Source of the DNA: Crenothrix sp.
GTDB lineage: Bacteria > Pseudomonadota > Gammaproteobacteria > Methylococcales > Methylomonadaceae
Length of the DNA: 64,000 nt
NCBI RefSeq assembly: GCF_043729335.1
Contig: NZ_JAYTLQ010000042.1
Location: forward strand, 85,581-149,580
Direction: 5' to 3'
The position numbers and the translations under genes are program-made. The notes beneath the pieces are model-generated. The model saw nothing but the letters and a program-made list of their open reading frames with translations. It was not told where the DNA came from and ran no database searches. Shown one piece after another: positions 1 through 9,875 of the stretch. How positions within the stretch are numbered: position 1 is the first letter of the stretch; each line of letters begins with the position of its first letter.

Positions 1-332
1 GCTGGTTTGGTTAAATAATGCGTTGCGCCAAGCTTTATGGCTTCAACCGCTGTGGCAATACTGGCAAAACCCGTCAGCATCACACACACAGTTTTTTCAT
101 CCAGCGAAATAAGCTTTTTTACCAACTCCAAACCAGATTCATGACCAATGCGTAAATCAATCACCGCATATTCTGGTAAGTTCTGTTCGGCCAAAAGAAT
201 ACCATTTTTTACATTATTGGCAACCAATACTTCATAATTTCGCTTTTCCAGCGCACTTTTTAACACATTGCAAAAAGTTTCGTCATCGTCCACCAGTAAA
301 AGGCGCGGCTTATCCAATTCATTCTCTATCAT
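1..332 (-). CDS. regA: RegA/PrrA-type response regulator, N-terminal receiver part; runs off the window start
   Basis: Hand translation from ATG at 332: MIENELDKPRLLLVDDDETFCNV...GFASIATAVEAIKLGATHYLTKP. Overlaps the regB stop. Not in the ORF track. Confidence 0.9.
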   Translation of the reverse strand, partial: MIENELDKPRLLLVDDDETFCNVLKSALEKRNYEVLVANNVKNGILLAEQNLPEYAVIDLRIGHESGLELVKKLISLDEKTVCVMLTGFASIATAVEAIKLGATHYLTKP

Positions 333-1692
333 CACTTTCCTCTGTCTGTAAAAGTGGAAGCGTTATTTCCACACATGCGCCTCCGGAATCCAGGTTACCG
401 AAATTAATTTGCCCCCCTAAACGCTTAATGGTCGAATAAGTTAAAAACAAGCCGACACCCAAACCCCGTTTTTGGCTGATAACAGGCGTTTTTCCAGCAA
501 ACTCAACCAATTCTGGCGGCATCCCTGGACCAAAATCGCGAATTTTAAGATGAATATAGTGCATATCCCAAGCGGCATGAAATTCTAAACCTTGTTCAGG
601 GTTTGTTGCCTCAGCAGCATTGTTTAACACGTTAATGATGGAATGAGTCAGCGTTCTTTCGGCAATAATACTGGCTTCACTGGCGATATCCGGGCTAATA
701 AAAAGGCAGAGTTTTGCACCGGGTTTATGGGTGCGCCATTGTTCCAGCACTCCATCGATATAGTCAATGACCGACATAATTCGCCCAGATTCCGCACGCA
801 TTTCACCTGCCGAAGCTGACATTAGCGATAACGCCTGCTTACAGCGGCTGATTTGCTGCTGCACAATAATAATTTTTTCATGTAAATCAGGAAACCGGTG
901 AACCGGAAAATCTTGCTCCAACTCATGGGCAACAATGGCTATCGTGCCTAACGGCGTGCCCATATCATGCGCCGCACTGGCTGCCAGCGTACCCAACGCG
1001 ACTATTTTCTCATCTCTTAAGGCATTTTCTCGCGCTTCTGCCAGGCTTCGTTCCTGATTTTTTAGCGTTCTTGCTAATTCAACAACAAAAAATGCAACTA
1101 AACCCGCACTAAACACAAAACCCGACCACATACCGAACATGTGCAGATTAAAATATTCCATATCGCGCATTTCGTGGGTCATTTGCAACTCTACAAAATG
1201 CTCCATATCGGGATGTAGCATGGCAGGATTAATCATGTGCGGTTCTATTGAGGGCAACGGCACATTAAAGGCAATAAGCATGGTGTACATGGATGATGTC
1301 AAAATCACCATATACCATGCGTAAGCTTGCGGCAACATGATTGCGGTAATAATCAGCGGCAATAAAAACACCCAGGTAATCGGGTTTGATGCGCCGCCGG
1401 TCAGGTATAACAAAGAGGTAATGGCAAAGACATCAATAGAGATATGCGAAAAAATCTCTACATCGGTCACCGGTTTTTCGGATTGTATGCGCATTGAGGT
1501 ATACACATTGACAATAATAATCGATACCATAACCAGCCACAATTGCTGTTCAGGTATGCGAATATTAAGACCGTAAATGCACAAAATAATCAAAATAGCT
1601 TCGCTGAGTATCATCAAGTTTCTGAGGATAAACAGCCATTTTAAATTTTTACGGACAACATCTTCCGATAAGTCTGAAACGTGTGAAAGCAT
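319..1692 (-). CDS. regB: RegB/PrrB-type redox sensor histidine kinase
   Basis: Multi-TM N-terminus with GGASNP, H-box AAHDMGTPL, redox-Cys region SRCK, G-boxes DFGPG and GLGVGL. Confidence 0.9.
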   Translation of the reverse strand: MLSHVSDLSEDVVRKNLKWLFILRNLMILSEAILIILCIYGLNIRIPEQQLWLVMVSIIIVNVYTSMRIQSEKPVTDVEIFSHISIDVFAITSLLYLTGGASNPITWVFLLPLIITAIMLPQAYAWYMVILTSSMYTMLIAFNVPLPSIEPHMINPAMLHPDMEHFVELQMTHEMRDMEYFNLHMFGMWSGFVFSAGLVAFFVVELARTLKNQERSLAEARENALRDEKIVALGTLAASAAHDMGTPLGTIAIVAHELEQDFPVHRFPDLHEKIIIVQQQISRCKQALSLMSASAGEMRAESGRIMSVIDYIDGVLEQWRTHKPGAKLCLFISPDIASEASIIAERTLTHSIINVLNNAAEATNPEQGLEFHAAWDMHYIHLKIRDFGPGMPPELVEFAGKTPVISQKRGLGVGLFLTYSTIKRLGGQINFGNLDSGGACVEITLPLLQTEESDDRE

Positions 1693-1767
1693 AAAATATT
1701 TAGGAGTAACACAACAGTGAAAAAAATCAGGTAAAACGCCGAATTCAATGATGACAACGAGCTTTTG

Positions 1768-2400
1768 CTAACAGAACCCAACACCTAAACCGCCCAGACC
1801 ACAATAGCCTTGTGGATTTTTAGCCAGATATTGCTGATGATAATCTTCAGCATAATAAAACGGGTCGGCAGCCATAATTTCGGTGCTAATTTCGCCAAAA
1901 CCAGCGTCTGTTAAGCACTGCTGATAATGTACTTTTGAGCTATTAGCTTCATCAAATTGTTCTTGGCCGTAGGTATAAATGCCCGATCGGTATTGTGTGC
2001 CGACATCGTTGCCCTGCCCCATGCCTTGCGTGGGATTGTGTGCTTGCCAAAATAATATCAATAGTTGCTGGTAAGTAATCAAAGCCGGATCATAATTAAC
2101 CAATACCACTTCGTTATGGCCTGTAAGCCCTGTACAAACCTCATCGTAGGTGGGGTTAGGTGTAAAACCGGCGCTATAGCCAACCGCTGTACTGAACACA
2201 TTGGGAAGTTGCCAAAACTTGCGTTCAGCACCCCAAAAACACCCTAAACCAAAAACGGCCTGTTGGATAGATTCGGGGAAAGGCGGCACTATCGGATTGC
2301 CGTTTACAAAATGCCGGTTGGTGATGACCATAGGTGCATCTCGCCCAGGTAAAGCACTGTCTTGCGAGGGCATGACGGTTTTTTTTGTCGAAAAAATCAT
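1768..2400 (-). CDS. msrA: Peptide-methionine (S)-S-oxide reductase MsrA
   Basis: GCFWG active site, [18 protein letters not shown]. Start moved to ATG 2400 from the ORF-track start 2421. Confidence 0.95.
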   Translation of the reverse strand: MIFSTKKTVMPSQDSALPGRDAPMVITNRHFVNGNPIVPPFPESIQQAVFGLGCFWGAERKFWQLPNVFSTAVGYSAGFTPNPTYDEVCTGLTGHNEVVLVNYDPALITYQQLLILFWQAHNPTQGMGQGNDVGTQYRSGIYTYGQEQFDEANSSKVHYQQCLTDAGFGEISTEIMAADPFYYAEDYHQQYLAKNPQGYCGLGGLGVGFC

Positions 2401-2489
2401 AATTTTTGAGCCCATTAACACTGTGTTAAGCTAAAGGTTACTATGATTCCTATTCATAATCAAAGCTTGAAACTTTTCATCGGAGCAGC

Positions 2490-3356
2490 ATGAGCAACCA
2501 AGATTTTTTACACCGATTTTTATTTGAAGAACAGGGTATTCGCGGCGAATGGATTCAACTGACTGACAGCTGGCAGGCTATTAAAAAAAACCAACAGGGG
2601 CCTGAACCAGCACAACAACTGCTAGGCCAAGCCTTGGCCGCCGTGGCCATGTTATCGGCAACCATTAAATTTGAAGGCTCGTTAATTTTACAAGCCCAAG
2701 GCGATGGCGCGATTAAAACATTGGTGGCGCAGGCGACTCATGATCGAAAAATAAGAGGCCTGATAAGAAGCGACGCTTTTGTGCCCACCGGCTCGCTGGA
2801 GGATATGTTTGGATCAGGTAATCTCGTCTTGACCATAAAGCCTGATCATGCCGATCCTTATCAAGGCATTATTGCGCTTCAGGGGCAAAATTTGGCAATG
2901 GCATTTGAAGGTTATTTTAGCCAATCCGAGCAACTTAAAACCCGTCTGTGGTTATTTGCCAATGACACTCAGGCCGTAGGTTTCTTATTACAGCAATTGC
3001 CCGGCAACACCGATTCTAGCCATTGGGAACATATCGAAATACTGGCGAACACCCTTAAAGAACACGAATTAATGACGCTAAATTGCCAGCAAATATTATA
3101 TCGTTTGTTTCATGAAGAAAATATACGCTTGTTTGAGGCAGAGCCCGTCAGTTTTCAATGTATTTGTTCGAAGGCCAGAATCGAAACCATACTAAAAAAT
3201 CTGGGACAAGAAGAGCTGGATAGTATTTTGCGTGAGCGCGGTAATGTTGAAGTTGGCTGTGAATTCTGCAACACCAATTATCATTTTGACGCCATAGATA
3301 TTACCAAGCTTTTTTCTTCGCAGGACTTTGCACAGTCCTCTACCACACGGCACTGA
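2490..3356 (+). CDS. hslO: Hsp33 redox-regulated chaperone
   Basis: C-terminal CICS...CEFC zinc motif; typical length. Confidence 0.95.
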   Translation: MSNQDFLHRFLFEEQGIRGEWIQLTDSWQAIKKNQQGPEPAQQLLGQALAAVAMLSATIKFEGSLILQAQGDGAIKTLVAQATHDRKIRGLIRSDAFVPTGSLEDMFGSGNLVLTIKPDHADPYQGIIALQGQNLAMAFEGYFSQSEQLKTRLWLFANDTQAVGFLLQQLPGNTDSSHWEHIEILANTLKEHELMTLNCQQILYRLFHEENIRLFEAEPVSFQCICSKARIETILKNLGQEELDSILRERGNVEVGCEFCNTNYHFDAIDITKLFSSQDFAQSSTTRH

Positions 3357-3362
3357 GGTATT

Positions 3363-4130
3363 ATGACCATGACATCGCTTACCCATCGTAGTCTGCGTTT
3401 TATCTGCCTGATATTAATAGCCTGTTCTTTGTCGGCGTGTGTTTACTGGATGCGCGCCTATCAAGTTTATTTGCAGATGAGCGAGTTTGACCGTTATTTT
3501 GATGTCGTGGTTAGCGACGATTTCAGTTTGCACTTCAAAAAGCCAATTATGCTCAGTGAAGATTTTGTATCGTTGTCCAAACTTCATGCCAGCGAAGAAA
3601 CCGCTTTAGCCGATGGCAAAAAATGGCGTTACTGGTTTCGTAAAGTTAACGGCTATAAAAAACCCGTTACGCCCGAAGTGAAATTTTATTCAGACTTAAC
3701 CTTCAACAAACAAAACCAACTCACTGCATGGACATTTTCGTCGTTGTTTTTACAGATAGCACCGCCGAAATTTCTGGAAGCTTCTTTGCGCTCGCTAGGG
3801 GGTGCAGAAATCAACAAAGCCGAGATGCAGTTACAGGGCAATAGCGCTGCAGTAGAAAAAATTGCCGACGATTTGCCTAAAAAAGACACGATAATCGCAA
3901 AATTGGGTAAACCTTTTGAAATTAAACCGGATAAAGGCCAGGAAATTTATACCTATCTGTTTTTGCTGGACACGCCGCATATCGACAAAGGCTATGAAGA
4001 CAGGGCATTAAGTGAAGTTAAGCTATCCTTCGATAAAAAAAGCCACGAACTGGTAAGAATGGCGGGACGGTTTGCAGGGCTTAAAATATCGATTAATTAC
4101 CGCAAGTTTCAGGATGAGAAAGCTAAATAA
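3363..4130 (+). CDS. Hypothetical lipoprotein
   Basis: 255-aa ORF with signal peptide and lipobox-like LSAC. Confidence 0.7.
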   Translation: MTMTSLTHRSLRFICLILIACSLSACVYWMRAYQVYLQMSEFDRYFDVVVSDDFSLHFKKPIMLSEDFVSLSKLHASEETALADGKKWRYWFRKVNGYKKPVTPEVKFYSDLTFNKQNQLTAWTFSSLFLQIAPPKFLEASLRSLGGAEINKAEMQLQGNSAAVEKIADDLPKKDTIIAKLGKPFEIKPDKGQEIYTYLFLLDTPHIDKGYEDRALSEVKLSFDKKSHELVRMAGRFAGLKISINYRKFQDEKAK

Positions 4131-4133
4131 TCC

Positions 4134-4298
4134 GGCTTCCAACTTAAGGCGGGACAGGTGAAGGTGTGCCGTTCGTGGTGAGCCATTCGACTAGCTCATG
4201 AGAGCCTTGTCGAACCATGAGCGGCACACAGCACACCCTTCGACAAGCTCAGGCCGAACGGTGTGCCTTATTGAGTGTCCCGTCTTATGTGTGTAGCC
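4134..4298. mobile_element. MITE family 1, copy A (165 bp), with REP-like palindromic interior
   Basis: Imperfect 23-bp TIRs GGCTTCCAACTTAAGGCGGGACA / TGTCCCGTCTTATGTGTGTAGCC; 8-bp direct repeat AATAATCC at 4126-4133 and 4299-4306. Confidence 0.9.
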
Positions 4299-4319
4299 AA
4301 TAATCCTAAGGAAAATAAA

Positions 4320-4351
4320 ATGCAGAGACGCAAAATCTTGCGTCTCTGCAT
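4320..4351. repeat. REP-like perfect hairpin between convergent genes
   Basis: ATGCAGAGACGCAA-AATC-TTGCGTCTCTGCAT, 14-bp stem. Confidence 0.8.
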
Positions 4352-4364
4352 CGTAAAGCCGAAC

Positions 4365-5471
4365 TTAATTAGTTTGCACAGCCTTGAAAAAACCAATAAT
4401 ATCTTTATTTTTTCCAGGCCATTCCGGATGCATCCCCGTGCCTTCACAGTACCAGGTTTGTACGCCGTTTTTACAGCCACTGTAAGCAACGCAACCTTCA
4501 ACACCCTCTACTGGCGTAGTATGGGGTAAAGGCTTTCCGGCTTTAAGATCTTCGGCTTTTTGTGCCAGCTCTTGCTGATAATAGCTTTCCCAACCGCCAG
4601 CCCCCGATATGGCCTTTCGATCAGTTACCTTATAAGTTTTAGTGTCGCATTTATTGCATTTTGCCCACCATTCAATCGCGTGTTTGCCAAAGTTTGGAAA
4701 TAGCTTATCGCGGCTGCTGTGCATGAGCATAACTGGCGTAGGCTTCACACAGTTACGGTCAGCCAGATCCTCGCCGGTAATACCCACGGCGCTAGGTGCG
4801 ATGGCAGTTGGAATATGCTTGGTACCGTTAAAAAAAGCGATGCCCATAGCAATCGTGCCACCGTCCGAATGACCAGTCATGAATATTCTTTTTTTATCGA
4901 TGCACCATTTTTCTTCAACAACCTTAGGTATGTTAGCCAATTGGACCACCGCTTCAGGTGACAAGGCACGATGATCAGCATAGGCCACAATAAATCCTGC
5001 CGCTGTCGCTTCTTTAGTAAGATAAGTAAAATCTTCCGTTTGGCTCCGATCTTTTCCGGCTGGTGCGTAGACCATCAGTAAAGGATGCGCGATGGTGTCG
5101 TTATAATTAGCTGGCGTTCTAACGGAATAATAAACACCGTCATCGGTTTTTTCATCGTCACTGGCACCCGCGTTACCTGACTTTGATCCCGCCTGACATC
5201 CCGCTGTCGCCACATCATTACTGTAAGTTGCCTCACTTAAAACGATGCCTTCTTTAGCCGCCTCAGTGACATGCTCATCAACGGTATAATATGTCCGGCT
5301 CGCGCCCGTAAACCCAATCATAAACAAGGCTATAGATAATACCACCGCCGACATGACCTCCATTTGTTTGCCACGAAAACGCAACCATTCTGTCTTGAAT
5401 AAACCCACAAAAAAAACAACAAACGAAGCGACAATCAATAATCTGAAAAAATACAGGAATAATGTATTCAT
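4365..5471 (-). CDS. Membrane-anchored alpha/beta-hydrolase, PHB-depolymerase/LpqC-like esterase
   Basis: Two N-terminal hydrophobic segments, GHSDGG nucleophile elbow, C-terminal H in GTGMHPEWP. Confidence 0.75.
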   Translation of the reverse strand: MNTLFLYFFRLLIVASFVVFFVGLFKTEWLRFRGKQMEVMSAVVLSIALFMIGFTGASRTYYTVDEHVTEAAKEGIVLSEATYSNDVATAGCQAGSKSGNAGASDDEKTDDGVYYSVRTPANYNDTIAHPLLMVYAPAGKDRSQTEDFTYLTKEATAAGFIVAYADHRALSPEAVVQLANIPKVVEEKWCIDKKRIFMTGHSDGGTIAMGIAFFNGTKHIPTAIAPSAVGITGEDLADRNCVKPTPVMLMHSSRDKLFPNFGKHAIEWWAKCNKCDTKTYKVTDRKAISGAGGWESYYQQELAQKAEDLKAGKPLPHTTPVEGVEGCVAYSGCKNGVQTWYCEGTGMHPEWPGKNKDIIGFFKAVQTN

Positions 5472-5613
5472 GGGGTTAGCCTTAACGAAAGATACGGGGT
5501 TACGAAAATATCCACTGGAATGCTAACTGATGTTATGCATTGTCCACAAGCACAAAGAACACGAAAACCAAGAGCAACTACTGCCAAGATGGCAAATTCT
5601 GCCTGCATATTTG

Positions 5614-5637
5614 GAGAGCTAAGCTGTCTTAGCTCTC
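5614..5637. other. Intergenic hairpin downstream of the EthD-family gene, possible terminator
   Basis: GAGAGCTAAG-CTGT-CTTAGCTCTC, 10-bp stem; no clear U-tract. Confidence 0.4.
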
Positions 5638-5681
5638 GGATGAATAGCAACGACCTAGCGTAGATTAATTAAAGATCAGAT

Positions 5682-6008
5682 TTAAAAATCAAAACTCTCA
5701 ACGTCAGCTGTCATAAACAAAGGTGCGCCACCGCTGGAAATTTTAACCGCATGGCCAGCGGTTTCTTGTCCACCGGGTGAATTCAGGCAGGTTTCCAATG
5801 CCTGCATGGAAGGAAAATAGACTTCGGCAATACGATGATAGGGCGCTTGCGCTTGACCGGGTGCTGAAGTGATTAAAGAGGCGACAAAGCGGGTTTTACC
5901 CGCCAACTTTTCCACGGCCATCGGTACGTGTTCTTGCTCATACAGACGTTCAAAGGTTTCAAGATCGGTGGGTGTGGGGTACATGACAATTAATTTTGCT
6001 TCTTTCAT
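5682..6008 (-). CDS. EthD family protein
   Basis: KLIVMYP...FERLYEQEHVPM...IAEVYFPS pattern, 108 aa. Confidence 0.85.
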   Translation of the reverse strand: MKEAKLIVMYPTPTDLETFERLYEQEHVPMAVEKLAGKTRFVASLITSAPGQAQAPYHRIAEVYFPSMQALETCLNSPGGQETAGHAVKISSGGAPLFMTADVESFDF

Positions 6009-6132
6009 GGCAAAGCCTCTTCATAGGGTTTGTTTATGTTGGGAGCCATCATATTACCTATTTATAAGGCTTGTAAAATACTAACTTTCTATGAAAGAAT
6101 AGGTTTTGTCTATATAAGTTCAGGTTGGTTTT

Positions 6133-7005
6133 ATGGAGATGCACCAAATCCGTTACTTTTTAGCGGTGTGTGATCATGGCAGTTTTACCCGCGCTGCTCA
6201 ATTTAGTTACATTTCCCAGCCCTCATTAACCCAGGCCATCAAAAAACTGGAAGATGAATTAGGCGGGGAATTGTTCACCCGTGACCGCTCCGGTTGTTTG
6301 TTAACCTCGCTTGGCCGTGTAGTTGAACCTAATTTTCGCAAAATTTACAAGACAACAGTCACCACCAAAGCGGATGCCATTCGCTTTACCCATCTCAATA
6401 ACATTCCCTTACGCATTGGCCTAATGGCAACCATCGGCGCACAGCGGTTAAGCCCGGTCTTTGCACAGTACCAGCAAGAATTCCCCAATATTGAGTTTGA
6501 ACTGATTATTGACACCGAAACCAATTTGCTGACCCAACTGGAAGCTGATTTTCTGGATTTAGTGATTAGCGCCCCGCTACAATTACTCAGCGCACCTTAT
6601 CAATCAACATTATTGTATACGGAACGTTATGTGGTGGCCTTTAGCACTAACCACCGTTTTAATCAGCTGACTAAAATCGATTTGAAAGAAATTCAGTTAG
6701 AGCCTTATCTGGATCGGCTAAATTGTGAACTAAGAGAAAGTTTGCGGGCTATTTGTCAGGATCAGGAAATCAACCTTTATGCGGCTTACCGTAGCAATAG
6801 TGAAGACTGGATTATTAATTTGGTACGCGCTAGTATGGGTGTAGCGTTAATGCCTGAGTACAGCTTGCCTTTAAATGCAGACGATGTGCAGTGCCGTTAC
6901 CTGTGTAATCCAGAAATTAGCCGTAAGATTTATGCTATTTATTACCCGCATAACCCAAAAAAGATTGAAATTAAAAGCTTGCTTGCCAGTCTAAGCCATA
7001 GCTAA
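6133..7005 (+). CDS. LysR family transcriptional regulator, divergent from the EthD gene
   Basis: N-terminal HTH FTRAAQFSYISQPSLTQAIKKLEDELG. Confidence 0.95.
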   Translation: MEMHQIRYFLAVCDHGSFTRAAQFSYISQPSLTQAIKKLEDELGGELFTRDRSGCLLTSLGRVVEPNFRKIYKTTVTTKADAIRFTHLNNIPLRIGLMATIGAQRLSPVFAQYQQEFPNIEFELIIDTETNLLTQLEADFLDLVISAPLQLLSAPYQSTLLYTERYVVAFSTNHRFNQLTKIDLKEIQLEPYLDRLNCELRESLRAICQDQEINLYAAYRSNSEDWIINLVRASMGVALMPEYSLPLNADDVQCRYLCNPEISRKIYAIYYPHNPKKIEIKSLLASLSHS

Positions 7006-7100
7006 TCTTATCGGGCGAACCCATTTAAAAAGTACAAGAAATTGGGACATTAAATACCCACCCCTAAAATAACTATCTTGATTACCTTTAAGAGTGATTT

Positions 7101-7895
7101 ATGTCTGAACAACCTGCTGTCATGCAATGCACCGCTTTTTGTCTCGCGCAAAGTTTTGATATTAGCGCGTTAGCAAAATTGCTGTCTGAGACCACGTTAA
7201 TTCGCATTATTAAAGGCGCATTAATGATTGAGGATACGCTCGCTTGGTCAGTGGTGTTTTCTTACGGCGCGGTTGTACATTGGAATGTCAGTGCAGAGCA
7301 GCAAGGAAAATTACATCAGCTGCTATTAAATCATGCCGAAAATCCGCTGACCACACTCGAAGAAGATAACTTCACCTTTGAACTGGATTGTGCCAGCACA
7401 CGCATAGTTGAAGATTATATTGAAATTGAATCGTCTGATCCTATTGTCTTGTTCTCGCTATCGCAAGGTCTGGCGCAATCCATAAAACTGGCTTCCTTTG
7501 AAACCAATGCCATTACCACCATCAATAACACGCGTTATATTCCTAAATCATTGGCGGAAAAAGGCAAAATCAATCTTAGCCGACATAAAATCGCCCAAAT
7601 TCGTGGCCAATTGTTTTTAACCAAAAGCGATATTATTCTCAATTATGATTTACTTGATACACCTGATTTCTTTTGGGAATACCCCGAATACGAAAACTAC
7701 TACAGCATCATGGCAAAATATCTGGAAGTAGCGCCGCGCACCAGTGTGTTGTCAAAAAAACTGGAAACCATACATGAGTTGTTTGAGATGCTGGCGGATG
7801 AACAAAAGCATCGGCATTCGTCGATTTTAGAATTGATTATTATTGGCTTGATTGCCTTTGAAATTGCAATGACTTTAGTGGATAAGGTATTTTAA
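7101..7895 (+). CDS. RMD1/DUF155 family protein
   Basis: FSYGAVVHWN, SQGLAQSIKL, LLDTPDFFWEYP, C-terminal LELIIIGLIAFE. Confidence 0.85.
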   Translation: MSEQPAVMQCTAFCLAQSFDISALAKLLSETTLIRIIKGALMIEDTLAWSVVFSYGAVVHWNVSAEQQGKLHQLLLNHAENPLTTLEEDNFTFELDCASTRIVEDYIEIESSDPIVLFSLSQGLAQSIKLASFETNAITTINNTRYIPKSLAEKGKINLSRHKIAQIRGQLFLTKSDIILNYDLLDTPDFFWEYPEYENYYSIMAKYLEVAPRTSVLSKKLETIHELFEMLADEQKHRHSSILELIIIGLIAFEIAMTLVDKVF

Positions 7896-7969
7896 TTTGA
7901 AGAGAACAAAGTAAGGTATCGTTTTTTACCTCACCCTCCTACATAAGCAAACTGCCTCAATCTTACTGA

Positions 7970-8305
7970 TTATTTTAGTGCTGCCAAAGCAGCTTCAGGT
8001 GCTTTATCGAGTATTTTTAACAGGGTTTTTGCTGCCCCTGTCGGACGACGTTTACCTTGTTCCCAGTTTCGAATAGTATCGAGTGATACCTCTATGCGAT
8101 GAGAAAATTCTGTTTGGCTTAAACCAAGCCGTTTACGAACCCGACGTGCAAATTGAGCCGCATCTAATAAAGCAATAGTTTCGTCGATGTGTTGATGCGC
8201 GGCGATGTCCTGTTCGCTAGTAGCGTTTAAACGCTCAGGGTCAATCCGTCCTTTGGGGAGGGTTGCTGGATTGTTTGGGTCAATACTGACTTTGATTGTT
8301 TTCAT
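7970..8305 (-). CDS. XRE-type HTH antitoxin
   Basis: LGLSQTEFS...TIRNWEQGKRRPTGAA; overlaps the upstream toxin. Confidence 0.85.
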   Translation of the reverse strand: MKTIKVSIDPNNPATLPKGRIDPERLNATSEQDIAAHQHIDETIALLDAAQFARRVRKRLGLSQTEFSHRIEVSLDTIRNWEQGKRRPTGAAKTLLKILDKAPEAALAALK

Positions 8306-8561
8306 AATGCTTTATCTCACGTTGGTTAGCTTTTCGTGCTGAAATAATTCGAATGGTAGAGCCTCGCAGTGTGTAAACAACAACGAATGTGCGTTGCTCA
8401 ATTAAGCCTAAAAGCTGATAACGCTCTTCACCGTAATCCCAGCGGGTATCTTTTTTAATAATGCGATTTTGATCAATGAAGGCTTGCACCACATAATCAA
8501 AATCAAAGCCCCGTTGTACGAAGCAAGCCTCACTTTTATTTTCATCCCATTCAAAATTCAT
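8280..8561 (-). CDS. brnT: BrnT family ribonuclease toxin
   Basis: MNFEWDENK, DYGEERY, RIISARKAN. Confidence 0.9.
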   Translation of the reverse strand: MNFEWDENKSEACFVQRGFDFDYVVQAFIDQNRIIKKDTRWDYGEERYQLLGLIEQRTFVVVYTLRGSTIRIISARKANQREIKHYENNQSQY

Positions 8562-8686
8562 AGCGAGAGTGTAGTTCATTGGACTACCAATAACAACTGT
8601 GAGTAGCTAGAAAGTTCGATACGCCAACATTTCCATAAATGCAGGACATCTTAAGTCGGAACCGGCTTTATTAACTTTGATTTTTG

Positions 8687-8851
8687 GGCTACACACATAA
8701 GATGGGACGCTCAATAAGGCACGCCGTTCGGCCTGAGCTTGTCGAAGGGGTGAAGGTTTGCCGCTCATAGTTCGACAAGGCTCTCATGAGCTAGTCGAAT
8801 GGCTCACCACGAACGGCACACCTTCACCTGTCCCGACTTAAGTTTGAAGCC
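8687..8851. mobile_element. MITE family 1, copy B (165 bp), inverted relative to copy A
   Basis: Reverse complement matches copy A with about a dozen mismatches; 8-bp direct repeat GATTTTTG at 8679-8686 and 8852-8859. Confidence 0.9.
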
Positions 8852-8971
8852 GATTTTTGGTAGTTTGCTAATAAAAACCCAGTTTATGAATTAATTATTG
8901 ATCTCGAATATCTAAGTTTTACTGCAACCTTTAACGCACTGTTTTTAAAGCAAAGTTGTGTGCCGATAAAA

Positions 8972-9008
8972 AGCGCGGTAGGTAGACAAAAAAGCTACCT
9001 ACCGCGCT
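8972..9008. repeat. Perfect 14-bp stem hairpin (REP-like or terminator)
   Basis: AGCGCGGTAGGTAG-ACAAAAAAG-CTACCTACCGCGCT. Confidence 0.7.
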
Positions 9009-9199
9009 AGACTAATAAAGAAACAGTTCTGCCGAAAAAACAGTTGCAACCATTACGCTAATTCCTTAAATACAAATTTGCGCATCTTTAACTGTGCACG
9101 TCATCTTTAAAAATATTTTCGGAGATCCCTCTCCCAAATTTATTTTTTACCAAATGCTGATATTGCTTGATGCTATAATGCCATTTAGTAGCTGATGTC

Positions 9200-9847
9200 T
9201 TAATAAGCTGGTGTGTTGTCCTTTATGAGTTTCACAGATACAAGTTTACTTAAAACTCCTCCCCCGTCGTCGTAGCTAACTTTTACCAATCCAGAAATCT
9301 TGCATATATCGTCCTGTTGGCATTTTTTAAATATTTTGGCGGCCATTTTGCTATCAGAGAGAAAAGTTAGGCCCGGTCCACCGTTGATGTCCTCGATACC
9401 TGAATCAAGTGTCCCGTACAATATCTTACCGGTTACAGTCATTTTTTTAAGCTTACCCGCGTCAGATGCAACTGGTGGGGTTGGATCATCGCCATAAAGA
9501 TCTGAAACACAGGGTTTGCCGTCGCCCATGCAATCCTTATCTATTTTTCCGTTAGTTAATGAATAAATTTTGTCACCTTTTAAAAGCCATTCTTCACCAT
9601 CTTTTGATTTAATATGATTCGAAAATTTACCCTTATATAAAACTGAACTCCCACTTGTTCCATAATGTTTTATTATGGCGCTGCCATTTTTGTTGATGGT
9701 GATTGATTCCCCTGTTCCTGTTCCACCGGAAAAATTAAACGATTTTGTGCCAATAAATGGTAGCTTTCCTCGTGCAATGGCGACATCATTAACCAAAAAA
9801 CATGCGGCTAATAATGATATTGAAATTATTAAGTTAGTTTTTTTCAT
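9200..9847 (-). CDS. Hypothetical secreted two-domain protein
   Basis: Signal-like MKKTNLIISISLLAACFL with AAGG upstream of ATG 9847; Cys pairs; DDPTPP linker. Confidence 0.7.
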   Translation of the reverse strand: MKKTNLIISISLLAACFLVNDVAIARGKLPFIGTKSFNFSGGTGTGESITINKNGSAIIKHYGTSGSSVLYKGKFSNHIKSKDGEEWLLKGDKIYSLTNGKIDKDCMGDGKPCVSDLYGDDPTPPVASDAGKLKKMTVTGKILYGTLDSGIEDINGGPGLTFLSDSKMAAKIFKKCQQDDICKISGLVKVSYDDGGGVLSKLVSVKLIKDNTPAY

Positions 9848-9875
9848 AGTGAGAACCTTTTTATTAACAAAGACT

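Noticed and set aside
4134-4351. CRISPR array suggested by clustered palindromes
   Set aside because: No equal-length repeats with unique spacers and no cas genes; none found anywhere in the window.
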